Assembly: GCF_001194135.2 (NCBI RefSeq)
Contig: NC_068997.1
Location: 48,431,535 to 48,495,534, forward strand
Origin: Octopus bimaculoides
Lineage: Eukaryota
DNA length: 64,000 nucleotides
Direction: 5' to 3'
Each line of letters starts with the position of its first letter. Within the stretch, counting starts at the first letter, position 1. A model generated the notes under the pieces. The model was not told where the DNA came from, did not search any database, and was given only the letters and a program-made list of their open reading frames with translations. Positions 50,160 to 64,000 of the stretch are shown in pieces. The position numbers and the translations under genes are program-made.

Positions 50160-51050
50160 GTGTTTTCTGTGAATTCTCCAATCTACGCAATAGTATCTGT
50201 TGTCCTGCAGGGAACGTTTTTTACTTGTATTAATGAAATAAATGCCAGCATGAAGCGTGTTAGAGTCTTTAATTATGCAGACGATATTAAGCTGTACCAT
50301 GAGATATATATATATATATAAACAACAACAGATAGTATATGCTATAGATTTTTCTTGAAATCTGACTTGGTAAAAATACAGCAATGGATTGCTGACTGGC
50401 AACTCAAGCTGTCTTTAGACAAGTGCATTATTATATGCTTGTGAACGAAAACCGTGGAATTTATCGATTCTATTCGCAACACCAACTTTAAGAAATCTGC
50501 TGGTGATTGTGACCGAGGCATTATTGTTACCAATGACCTGCGTTAGATAAACCATATTTCCAAAATCGTCAAAAAATCGAATGTCTCAGCATAATTCAAT
50601 AAGGCCTATGTCAGCCGCTCACCAGCTGATCTATTTAAAGCTAGGCATAATTATGGTTTGTGCAAACTTATAGTTAGCATCTCCAGTTTGGAATCCCACC
50701 CTGTCCTGTATATCGATCTGTTGAAAGTTGTTCTGAAATGTGCAACCAGATGAACATTCCCCACCAGTCACTTACAAAATCTTGAACGTTTTGCTTCTCA
50801 GGACAAAAGTTTCAACGTCTAGCAGCTTAGTTGGTAGAAGCCCACAAGATTATCCACCATCGTTCCAACAACAATTTTTCGTCACCTATTTGAAATCAGT
50901 TCGTTTAACACTGGTGCTTATAAAATCATCAAACAGCACAACACACCCATGACTGCCCAGAATATTCATGCTCAGAATTCTCGAAGCATGAAATAAACAG
51001 CCCGAATCCCTTTTTATCTGCCAGAACACTGCATCCATCAAAAATTCCAT
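50160..51050 (+). mobile_element. CR1/L2-type LINE reverse transcriptase remnant
   Basis: SVVLQGTFFTCINEINASMKRVRVFNYADDIKLY (YADD at 50274-50285), LKSDLVKIQQWIADWQLKLSLDKC, ASPVWNP and IDLLKVVLKCATR; many frameshifts. Confidence 0.85.
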
Positions 51051-51424
51051 ACTTCCGCAAATTCGTCAACACTACTCCTCTTATATTCATGCGCCCATTC
51101 CTTTCTACGGCTCTTTTACTGTTCAATTTACTGTCTTTTTGCGTTTTATTCTGTGTGCTGTGTATCTACTTTCATTTTCGTTGCTCTCCTTCTTTATTCA
51201 ATTTATTGCCACTTCCAGTCCTCTCTTTTATCCCTTTCCGATGGGTCGTTGTACACCTGAACATCATATGCAATAAGCAGCTCGTAAATATTATTACATA
51301 AAAAATCGATGTGAAGCTTAATTAAAATATATTGACTGTTCTTTCAACTAATGTTTGACTGTATATATAAATCTATACGAAAACAAACATGAATGTCTCT
51401 ACCTCCCTCCCTTCCCCCTCTCTC

Positions 51425-51602
51425 TCCCTCCATCCTTCTGTCTGTCTGTCTGTCTGTCTGGTTGTCTGTCTGTCTGGTTGTCTGTCTGTCTGGTTGTCTG
51501 TCTGTCTGGTTGTCTGTCTGTCTGGTTGTCTGTTTCTGTCTCTGTCTGTCTGCCTCTTTCTCTCTCTCTCTCTCTGTATATCTATATCCATATATATGTC
51601 TA

Positions 51603-51644
<42 letters not shown>

Positions 51645-51736
51645 ACTGGCTGTCTGTCTGTCTCTATACATACGTACGCACACACACACACCTATACACA
51701 CACATACACTTGTTTTGGGGATTTACGCAAGAAAGT

Positions 51737-51780
<44 letters not shown>
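51425..51780. repeat. Compound microsatellites including a 16-mer (TCTGTCTGTCTGGTTG)n
   Basis: Direct inspection. Confidence 0.9.
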
Positions 51781-51781
<1 letters not shown>

Positions 51782-52311
51782 TGGATAATTCGTCGATGTG
51801 TATCAGCGAAACATTTAAAACAAATAAACAGAAAATCCAACAAATAAAACATCTTCCGCAAAAACCGATCAAAATAACACAGGCTTTTAACTTCGAATAA
51901 AATTATCCAGTATTATTCCGCCCGAATTGCACAGATACTCCCTTGTTACTCTGGCCACAGGAAATACGCTGAACCAATGATTGGCTGTTTGTTGAAAACC
52001 AAGAACCTACGACGCAAATATTTTTTTTTGCTGTTAATAAAATGTACGCCATACAATAAATAAACAACAAAATGTGTTCCAGGCAAGTAGTTGCATCAAT
52101 TTAATTAATTATATCTTTTCTGCTAAATCTTATGGTCACGTGTTAACGAAAGAAATCCAGTCAATGACCCAGAATTGATAAAAGCTAAGTGTCTGGAAAC
52201 AAGCAAAGATATTCCCCCGTGTAGCATAGAAGCTTAATCAACAATTCTATATTTGCATAATCAACATATATCATACACTCTTCACTTACTAATGAATAAT
52301 ATAAAGTGCCG

Positions 52312-52500
52312 GAAGGCGGCAGAATCGTCAGCGTACCGAGCAAAATGCTTAACAGCATTTCGTCCGGCATTACCTTCTGAGTTCAAATACCAACGGAGTC
52401 GACTTTGTCTTTCATCCTTGAGGGGTCAATAAGATAAGTAACAGTCGAGCATTCGGGTCGATGTTATCGGCTTGCCACCTCCGTCCAGTGTTGTTGGCCT
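52312..52500 (+). mobile_element. SINE family A
   Basis: aaggcggcagaatcgtcagcgtaccgagcaaaatgcttaacagcatttcg...gagttcaaatacc; a tail-only piece lies at ~52778-52860. Confidence 0.85.
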
Positions 52501-52560
52501 TGGGGAGGGGAAATGGTTGGGGCAGTAGTGAAATACCTTCATATAATACAACACAGACAT

Positions 52561-52701
52561 TCAAATTGATAGGGTTTTTCTAAGTATTTGGGCAGTACTT
52601 GTCAGCACAATCTTTTGGATTTCTCTGAGACATGGTTCTCCTGGGATATTATCTAGATGTTTCTGACCTCCCTTTCTTATCATACCTAGGGCGCCCACAA
52701 T
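52561..52701 (-). mobile_element. R4/Dong-like (restriction-like endonuclease) LINE C-terminal remnant
   Basis: IVGALGMIRKGGQKHLDNIPGEPCLREIQKIVLTSTAQILRKTLSI*; its 5' side abuts a (TAA)n tract at 52732-52778. Confidence 0.7.
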
Positions 52702-52731
52702 ATAACAGGAACAATTCTCGCCTTAAAATGC

Positions 52732-52777
<46 letters not shown>

Positions 52778-53666
52778 GTAACTGGAGTCGATGTAATCGA
52801 CTTAATCCCTAACCCGAAATTGTGCCGAAATAGCTGGCCTTGGGCCAAAATTTGAAACCATTTTTATTTTGAAGTCACAGTTATTCTTTTTGTCTCTAAA
52901 AAATAACATAACTCTACCTTTAATGAATATCTTTATAGTTCTAACTTTATTTATGTCCACTATGTATTGATTATCTTCTGTCTCTCAGTCTGTCTGTCTG
53001 TCTCTGTCTGTCTGTCTCTGTCTGTCTGTCTCTGTCTGTCTCTGTCTGTCTGTCTGTCTTCTCCTCTCTCCTACCGCTGAATCACCACAAAGAAGTACTT
53101 TAAAATGACAAGACACTTACTTCCTATTTCGACACCTTGGCGAGATTATTCCGAAGAAACAGTTCTGGCAATCATTGCTGCTGTGAAGAATATTGTAACA
53201 ATTTACCGTTTTCTTTGAATGTTTCCAGCCTCCCAGAAGCAATATACGTTAATTGTTGTGTCTAGATTAACGACATTAGGAAACAAACTTCAGTTTTTTT
53301 TTGTACTTTTAGCGATTTATGTGACGCATTCAAACATATGGACACATATATACACATATATACATACACACACACATACAATGATGCACACACTCACACA
53401 CTCTCTCTCTTTCTGTCTCCCATACAGTCACGCAAGCATACAAAGATTCACTAATGCATTCGCTCACGCACACACTTTTACTCACACACACACACACACC
53501 TACACACACACACGCAGATACAAACATACACACAAATACACACTCACAAACTCGCTCACATACATACTCTCTCACACACGTACATACAAATCGTTAAACA
53601 TATCATAGGAAAGACACCCACAAAGGCACAAACACAGACACACAGATACACACACACACTCACACA

Positions 53667-53714
<48 letters not shown>

Positions 53715-53745
53715 CACACTTTTCTCTTTCCCTCTCTGTCTTTCC

Positions 53746-53798
<53 letters not shown>

Positions 53799-53838
53799 GT
53801 CTCTTCCTTTCGTGTGTAAAACAACTTTCGATAGGAAC

Positions 53839-54900
53839 ATGTTCAGAATAGGTTGTATAAATTTACGCGGCTTGGCGTCGCCTTGGAAACAAGGGTACCT
53901 GTTAAATGACATCAAGTCACAGAATGTGCATATCAAAGCCATTAGTGAGACCAGACTCCACAACCCGCGGGCCCTCCAGCACATTTTCGGCGGACATTTC
54001 GACATTTATTTCTCTCCGTGTCTGCCGAGAATAGGCGGAGGTGGTACTGCGGTGCTTCTTCGGAAGAGTGTGGACCTCAAAGTAAGAACAATATTCTTAG
54101 ACCCGGAGGGTAGGCTGGTCGTCTTGGATGTCGATGACAGTAATGGGTGTGCTTTTCGACTGTTATAGATAGATAGATAGATAGATAGAAAGATAGATAG
54201 ATAGATACACATATGTAAACCATATACACAATGATATCAATTCAATTTGAATGGCAGTATTAAGCAATAAAGCGTGTTTGCTCAGTTCAATCTTTCTTGT
54301 TTACGCTTACACACATGCATGCATACATACATACATACATACATACATACATGCATACATACATACATGCATACATACATACATGCATGCATACACAGTT
54401 ATGTTATAGTTTATGCGCCGTCCTTAACAGGTCGGCCAGATTTCTTTCGACGTCTAGAGGTTTTCCTGGGAACGTCTCGACCTTTACTTTTAGAGGGGGA
54501 TTGGAGCTCTACCTTGGACACGCATCTAGATTACGTGGGCAGAGATAGTTATAGGAGGGGATGTAAATGTCTCAAAGACCTGCTCAAAGTTTGCAACTAT
54601 CTGACAAGTACCGACTGGACCACACGAATGTGCCTATGTGGACATGGAGCAACCGCATCACGTCATCCAGATCGTATTTAGAGTATTCTATAGGACAGTG
54701 GATAGAGATAGTGTAGGTTGTCCGCAATTCCATATAGTCAGCTACACAGATCACAAATTTCTGACTTGTACGCTTCACTTAGATAAGAGTCACAGACAGG
54801 TTCCCGGTTACTGGAAGCTGAACGCGTCGTTCACGGCACGCCAGGTTTACAGCGACCGGATTAGAAGATTAGTTACGAGAGCATTGACGGGCGCTATGAC
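53839..54900 (+). mobile_element. Tx1/L1-clade LINE ORF2 APE endonuclease, interrupted and 3'-truncated
   Basis: MFRIGCINLRGL...AISETRL...GGGGTAVLL...DPEGRLVVLDV...FRL [insert] VYAPSLTGRPDFFRRLEVFLGTSRPLLLEGDW...WTWSN...YTDHKFL...GYWKLNAS. Confidence 0.9.
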
Positions 54901-55021
54901 TGCCTTGACTGCAATATAGCGGTGATCGTACTTGAGTTCGAGTCAATGGTCACTGATTGATTGATGTTTGTATGTATGTATGTATATTTACATAGATACA
55001 TACATAGATAGATAGATACAT

Positions 55022-55077
<56 letters not shown>

Positions 55078-55348
55078 GTACACACACACATAAACTGATA
55101 TAAACTTTGATAATCTTGGGTCTGATGAAGTCAGAATCCAAGAATACATACATACATACACATATATGTGTATGCATGCATGTATGTATGTATGCATGTA
55201 TGTATGTATGCATGTATGTATGTATGTATGTATGCATGCATGTGTGTAAGCGTAAACAAGAAAGATTGAACTGAGCAAACACGCTTTATTGCTTAATACT
55301 GCCATTCAAATTGAATTGATATCATTGTGTATATGGTTTACATATGTG

Positions 55349-55381
<33 letters not shown>
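54165..55381. repeat. Near-identical ~220-bp inverted repeat (54165-54396 versus 55168-55381)
   Basis: The unique core 'cacatatgtaaaccatatacacaatgatatcaattcaatttgaatggcagtattaagcaataaagcgtgtttgctcagttcaatctttcttgtttacgcttacacac' and its flanking microsatellites are present in both orientations. Confidence 0.95.
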
Positions 55382-57331
55382 NNNNNNNNNNNNNNNNNNN
55401 NNNNNNNNNNNNNNNNNNNNNNNNNNNNNNNNNNNNNNNNNNNNNNNNNNNNNNNNNNNNNNNNNNNNNNNNNNNNNNNNNNNNNNNNNNNNNNNNNNNN
55501 NNNNNNNNNNNNNNNNNNNNNNNNNNNNNNNNNNNNNNNNNNNNNNNNNNNNNNNNNNNNNNNNATGTATGTATGTATATATATATGTGTGTGTGCATGT
55601 GTGTGTGTGTGTGTGCATGTGTGTGTGTGTATATATATATTATATATATATATATGTATACACCTCCCCACACATATATATACAATGCTGAGAGAGAAAG
55701 AGAAGGGGAGGCGTAGGGGGAACCAGTGGACAGATTACATAAATACAACAACGTTATTCGAATCCTATTAATTAACTGATTGATATGAAAGCAATTTGTT
55801 TGATGTGAGACACAATATTAATTTAGTTACATCGCATTATCTAAATTGTGCTTAACCAAGGAATCATTATATCTATCACGTGACGATTGTTGCATAAATG
55901 AATTGGTAGAGCATCAAATAATATGCCATGGCATGTCTATTTACTTCTCTTTAGGTCTTGATTTCAAATCCCACCAGCGATTGGTTAGCTATATCATTTA
56001 TTCTCCCAGGGCCATTAACATGATATTCAATCAAACATTAGGATCAATATAATCGATTGGCTCCCTGTCAATAAATTTCTGACTGTGTGAATACGTTAGA
56101 AATAATTATGTTTGCTATGTTAAGACCGGTGGTTAGCTAAGTAGTCGGTGCATCGAACAACATGTCATGAAATACATAGTTGCCTCCCTTTACAGTCTTT
56201 AATCAAATCCTGCCAGAGTTTCTTTTCCCTCTTAATCTTCCCTCACTTTTTCTTCCTTGTTTCAGTCACTTAACTGCGGCCATGCTGGAGCACTGCCTCG
56301 AAAAGAATTTAGTTGAAAGAATTGACCCCAGCACTGATATTTTTAAAACTCTGTTACTTATTCTATCGTCCCATCGCGTAAAAATGCAAAGATGTTGCCT
56401 TCAAATGTTATGAAGGGCGTTTATGTACCTTCTCGACCAAATCCAAACGGAACACGTCGACCCTGTATATATTTCTATTGCAACCGACTTACACTTACAC
56501 AGAAGATGTGTCGAAGCAGCTGTAGTCTATTGAACTGAATATAGGAAATATTTATTGCAGATTAACGGTAAGATAAAATGTAATGTTGAAGCAAACTGGC
56601 GTCTGTGCCTCGCTTTTAGACCTGGTAATAGTATCACAATAAACTGTACTAAGATAACAGTGATAATAGCAGTTTCAAACTTCGGCTGAAGATTAGTAAT
56701 TTTAGGCAGCGGTGTTAGTCGCAAAATTATATAATTTATGGTTTAAGTTTGCATGTTTTCCGAATAACGATTGAAGTTGAATAATGTTTCTTATATATTT
56801 GACAGGATTAATAATATTCATTGATTAATCATTAACTGTATTCGTACTATATATATATTTCAAGAAGCAAATCAATTCTATAAATCTTTCCTCCAACGCA
56901 GCATAGCAAGCGAGCTTGTTCGTTACTGTATTATGCGGAGACTTCTATCAGAAATCAACTTAATCAATATCAGAGTACAATTTTGTAGAGTTGTCCGAAA
57001 GTCGGATTGATTTCTTCTCGGTTTTTGTTCCAACTCATTCTTTCCTAAATTCAATTCATCCGACTCCAACTTTCGTTTTCATTCTTCAGAATACAATAAA
57101 TAGAGTAAGTACCAGGCGTGTTCTCGCGTACATATGGTTGTGATGCATGTGCCTGGTGTACCCTTATCATCCTGCGTAAAACACTTTCAATACCATAAAA
57201 ATAAGAGCATCACAACAAACCACAGCACATACCCAAAGCACACAGAGCTGCGCTCGGTAATGCAGTGAAAACACGTGATAAAAGTAAGATTACTGAATAA
57301 TAATAATAATAATAACTACAACAACAACACC

Positions 57332-57373
<42 letters not shown>

Positions 57374-58697
57374 NNNNNNNNNNATATATATATATATATA
57401 TAGACATATATTTAATCTTACCCACTATAATGTGAACCATTCTGTACTCAAAGTTTATTACTAGTCAAACTAGGATCATGCGACTGTAGTGTCTCATCGC
57501 ATGAATGTAAGAAACGTCAACTGTTCAGCTAACGCTTACACGACAATGTGAATGTCATCAGTCAAGTGACTGGGACATAGAAATCTAATCTCCATTCCAA
57601 GAAAAACAGACATAAAACCGACATAAAAAAACGTTATAAAACAGTGACAAACGGCTAAGAAAACGAAAAGCGAAACACCCTTTACATCATCAGATGGCAT
57701 TTCATTATAATTTCAAACTAAATGTTTCGTTTGAATTGAGTTATAATGTATCAATTCAAACTTCAGTTGGTTCTATAATGAGGTAAAAATAAATACAAAT
57801 TAGACAAGACGAACACAAAATATGTTCACGCCATTTTGAAAGTGAATTTTCTTTCTTTCTTTCTGTTGAGTCAATGAAGTATAATAAAATAATTAATAAA
57901 TAATTTATCAAACAAGTAATTAGACAAACAAACCATAAATAACAACGTTTATTTGCATATGTTGTGTTAGTAATTTAAAAAAAAATCAAATGTTAGTTCA
58001 GAATAATGATATAACCATCATCATCATCATCCTCATCCTCACCACCNNNNNNNNNNNNNNNNNNNNNNNNNNNNNNNNNNNNNNNNNNNNNNNNNNNNNN
58101 NNNNNNNNNNNNNNNNNNNNNNNNNNNNNNNNNNNNNNNNNNNNNNNNNNNNNNNNNNNNNNNNNNNNNNNNNNNNNNNNNNNNNNNNNNNNNNNNNNNN
58201 NNNNNNNNNNNNNNNNNNNNNNNNNNNNNNNNNNNNNNNNNNNNNNNNNNNNNNNNNNNNNNNNNNNNNNNNNNNNNNNNNNNNNNNNNNNNNNNNNNNN
58301 NNNNNNNNNNNNNNNNNNNNNNNNNNNNNNNNNNNNNNNNNNNNNNNNNNNNNNNNNNNNNNNNNNNNNNNNNNNNNNNNNNNNNNNNNNNNNNNNNNNN
58401 NNNNNNNNNNNNNNNNNNNNNNNNNNNNNNNNNNNNNNNNNNNNNNNNNNNNNNNNNNNNNNNNNNNNNNNNNNNNNNNNNNNNNNNNNNNNNNNNNNNN
58501 NNNNNNNNNNNNNNNNNNNNNNNNNNNNNNNNNNNNNNNNNNNNNNNNNNNNNNNNNNNNNNNNNNNNNNNNNNNNNNNNNNNNNNNNNNNNNNNNNNNN
58601 NNNNNNNNNNNNNNNNNNNNNNNNNNNNNNNNNNNNNNNNNNNNNNNNNNNNNNNNNNNNNNNNNNNNNNNNNNNNNNNNNNNTATATATAGTCGAC

Positions 58698-58917
58698 ACG
58701 CGATGGGGTGCTGAAAAGCTTCTGGCATTAAGTGCGTCGTGAAAGGCCTGGTTGGAGGCCCAACCTTCTGAGTCCTTTTACAGGGATTGCATAAACTGAA
58801 CGACTACTGCAATAAGTGTGTGAATCTGAGAGGGAAATATGTTGAATAAAATCATAATTAAGTGATCCTCCTGTATTTTCTTTTACCCAAAGCCAGAAAC
58901 TTTTCAGCACACCCCGT
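58698..58917 (+). mobile_element. Internally deleted mariner (MITE) retaining the transposase C-terminus
   Basis: TIRs ~CGATGGGGTGCTGAAAAGCTTCTGGC and GCCAGAAACTTTTCAGCACACCCCG; the interior reads GLHKLNDYCNKCVNLRGKYVE* with the stop at 58847-58849. Confidence 0.8.
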
Positions 58918-61815
58918 GTGTGTGTGTGTTTGTATGTGTGTGTAGATAGATAGATATGCATATATACACATACATACACACACAGAGACACACATATATA
59001 TATATTTAGATATATGCATATACATACATAAACACACTTATATATATGCATATATGTACACTTATGTACACACGTACGTACACACATACATAGTCTACAG
59101 TTTATGAAAATATTTGAACGTACAAAAACACACATATGCATGCATAATGCAAAACGCTGAATACTACTTCTTCCTAGTTTTATCCATCGATGTAATATGT
59201 AAAAGAACACCAAAGGAAAAATATAAGCAAATGTTTAATTTTTATCTGTCTGTCAACAGAAACATTAATTACCCGTACTGGTTTCGGTACTAATTCCTAT
59301 TCCATCAGGGACCACGTACACGTCTTTTCTTCAGACGGAGAGAAATATTGCTTATAGCTATTTGTTTTTACCAGATATTACTTTGCTAAATCGGTTTGTC
59401 TTGATCTGCGTAATTGTACTTCAAGATCTAATTAGAAGCGAAAACGCTGCTTCAAGTTCCAATTAGTATCCGGTTAGTGATGACTCAAACTATTGAGACA
59501 TATCTACTCTTTCATTTCGGTTTATTCATTCGAGTGCATTTGAGTAAAGTTAATCATCTAGATATACTGAAAACAGCATCATCTACATATCTATTTAGCT
59601 ATAGCTATAATTTAGTACATATGCATTCATACATGCATATATATAAGTATAGATACAGATTGACAGATATTTATATACACAGTATGATAATTAAAATATA
59701 TTTTGTGAATGATTCTTTAAACTTTCTGCCTCAGTATTTCACGTGTTACATAGACGATCATCAACGGAGAAACAAGTGTCTTATAATCACATGTACCTAC
59801 ATAGTATCAAGGCTAGAAGTGTTTTCGTAAAAGAAACGAAATCCAAAAGAGTGAATAATATGTTTCTTTACAATATCTCACGGAGAATATATGCAAATAG
59901 ATTAATATTATAAAGGGCTCTACTCCTTTAAACAAAGATTTTAATCTTTGTTTTGCAATATATAAAAAGCTATATTGAATAGTAATGTAAATGTTAATGT
60001 GTTACAATCACGATAGAGCCGATATTTTGAGCCAGAAAGCTAATTAAAAACATATAAAGTTAAACATGTACGTATATTTTATATGATATAAGCTGCTGTC
60101 AATGGAAAGGTCATTAATCCATTTGATAGGAGTAACTCATTATTGGATTTACACGCACGAGTCCCCAAGCTGTATGAAGCTTGGAATCTCCTTGTTAAGC
60201 AATTGTACTAATTCTCATAGAAACTGAAGAACGTGCATGTTTGATATTTTAAGGTTCCTGTAGGTCTTAAGTCCCCAAACTGAAGATTATTTCGTTTATG
60301 CTTACATCCATCGATAGCTTCTCATAGCCAGACAGACATCAATGTTATCACGACTATCACTGTCCTACTGATATAGAAGAGTAAAGCCAGCTGAGGCGGG
60401 ATGCGAACTTAGAAACTAAACGAACTTTAAAAATGTCTAATGCTTTAGCGATTCGGCCATTGTTGGTTAAATAAAAACTTCTCTTTCCTCTTCTTCTTCT
60501 CCCTCTCTCTATATGTATGCGTATATACATGCATGCACACACACACACGCACGCACACTCACACACACACACACACACACGCATACACACGTACGCACAC
60601 ACGCACACATATATATATACATACATATACAAACATAAATATATGTGTATATATACATACATACATACATATATATGTATANNNNNNNNNNNNNNNNNNN
60701 NNNNNNNNNNNNNNNNNNNNNNNNNNNNNNNNNNNNNNNNNNNNNNNNNNNNNNNNNNNNNNNNNNNNNNNNNNNNNNNNNNNNNNNNNNNNNNNNNNNN
60801 NNNNNNNNNNNNNNNNNNNNNNNNNNNNNNNNNNNNNNNNNNNNNNNNNNNNNNNNNNNNNNNNNNNNNNNNNNNNNNNNNNNNNNNNNNNNNNNNNNNN
60901 NNNNNNNNNNNNNNNNNNNNNNNNNNNNNNNNNNNNNNNNNNNNNNNNNNNNNNNNNNNNNNNNNNNNNNNNNNNNNNNNNNNNNNNNNNNNNNNNNNNN
61001 NNNNNNNNNNNNNNNNNNNNNNNNNNNNNNNNNNNNNNNNNNNNNNNNNNNNNNNNNNNNNNNNNNNNNNNNNNNNNNNNNNNNNNNNNNNNNNNNNNNN
61101 NNNNNNNNNNNNNNNNNNNNNNNNNNNNNNNNNNNNNNNNNNNNNNNNNNNNNNNNNNNNNNNNNNNNNNNNNNNNNNNNNNNNNNNNNNNNNNNNNNNN
61201 NNATATATGTATATACACAAACACACATATACATACATATATATTTATGAGTGTGTGAACGTTTGTGCGTAAGCGGGTATCTGTGCGTGTTTATATGTAT
61301 GTGTACATATATGTAATTATCTTTATCTATAGTAAATATACAGACACACATACACACACATATACACATATAAACATAAGAGTGTGCATTTGTGCCTTTC
61401 TGTTTGTATGTGTATATATAAATGTATGTACGTATGTATGTATGTATGCATGTATGCATGTATGTATGCATAAATAACTACAAAAATAGTAACACTAATG
61501 AAAGAAAGTTTCTCATTTACACATAAAACTGTGAGACAAAAACTCATTTATCATTGATGCCAGATCGATTACAAGCTGTCAGAAAGAGTGTTTTGATGAA
61601 TAAAAGACTCGGGCTGAGCTCTGTGGTTAAGAAATCGCTTTGCAGCCATATGATTCCTCGTTCGATCCTACCACGGCGCACCTTGAGCCAGAAGTGTCTT
61701 CTACACTGTAGCCTACTCAATGTCTTCGTAGTAGATGTAAGCAGCGGAGACCCGTTGTTTATTGTGTATGTATATATTTGTAATATATATATATATATAT
61801 ATATATACGTATGTA

Positions 61816-62450
61816 GGAGGTATGATCAATAGGTATCCGGACAGTTGTTATATTAACGAAGCTAAAACACGCAGAATGAAACCGCTTGGCAAAGATTGAC
61901 CTTGAACTCTGCTGTGCATGCGCACTAAGTATTAACGTTGAAGCTCACTGCCGCTGTTTACAGCTGTGCTTGGAAGGTAGGTGTGTAGCGTGTGATCGTC
62001 GTATTGACTATGACAGAGTAAGTTGTCATGGCGACACCTGCTCAGAGGCCTACGCAAAGTTGCAGAACGTGTATGGAGAGGAGTGTATGAGCCGCGCACA
62101 AGTGCATGAGTGAGTCAGACAATTCCAAGATGGCTGAAAAAATGTCGATAGTCACGAACGTTCTGAGGGACCCGCAACCAGCAGAACTAAGAAAAACATT
62201 ACAAACGTGCGTGCAGATTTGAGGGGAAATCGAATCACCATCCGTGAGTGCAGATTATGTGCACTCACGGGTGTGCAGATTAGTTACTGTTCAGTTCAGT
62301 CTATTATCACTGAAGATTTGGGTATGAGACGCGTGTCTGCCAAGTTTGTGCCAAAACTGCTTTCAGCTGACCAAAAAGACACTCCAGTTTCAGTTGCACA
62401 AGATCTCCTTGATTGTGTCGAGAACGGTGAAAAACTTTTGAAAACTTTGC
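61816..62450 (+). mobile_element. Mariner transposon 5' portion (TIR + HTH-domain transposase pseudogene), 3'-truncated
   Basis: TA|GGAGGTATGATCAATAGGTATCCGGAC TIR. Reads GDTCSEAYAKLQNVYGEECMSRAQVHE*VRQFQDG...ITIRE...SVQSIITEDLGMRRVSAKFVPKLLSADQK, including the WVPHEL-type motif. Confidence 0.9.
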
Positions 62451-62477
62451 GTAGACTTCTGTCTGTGTATGCATTTA

Positions 62478-64000
<1,523 letters not shown>

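Noticed and set aside
55114-55143. Hairpin TCTTGG-G-TCTGA-TGAAG-TCAGA-AT-CCAAGA
   Set aside because: Short, bulged and single-copy; it contains CTGATGA but has no hammerhead topology.
60308-60369. Candidate minus-strand exon (DSDSRDNIDVCLAMRSYRW); similar candidates at 8309-8337, 22240-22370, 42585-42615 and 43955-43995
   Set aside because: They have weak or non-preferred splice sites, non-triplet lengths or stops; such hits are expected by chance in 64 kb.

Overview
AT-rich, microsatellite-saturated eukaryotic DNA with about 25 N-gaps (~9 kb by my count). The SINE families and repeat landscape look like a coleoid cephalopod (Octopus-type) draft assembly; this is an inference. I found no intact protein-coding gene, and nearly all long ORFs in the track are microsatellite or N read-through. 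The window is most likely intronic or intergenic. It holds dozens of copies of three tRNA-headed SINE families and decayed DNA transposons: a Tigger/pogo carrying a nested DD37D/maT-type element, mariner remnants and MITEs, and a hAT MITE with an 8-bp TSD. LINE fragments include RTE, CR1-like, R4/Dong-like, Tx1/L1-like and Penelope. The most interesting signal is five minus-strand minimal type I hammerhead-ribozyme-like motifs from three repeat families. One family has the canonical CUGAUGA core, with one copy downstream of a tRNA-like Pol III head. A second has a G3-C8-swapped core that is reconstructable from two copies, one of them fused in inverted orientation to a Penelope GIY-YIG remnant. 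The third is a degenerate motif inside a 105-bp hairpin. Also notable are an inverted, apparently templated insertion inside a Tx1 endonuclease, a TGCA-saturated tract and a head-to-head SINE pair. SINE coordinates are approximate (about +/-15 bp).
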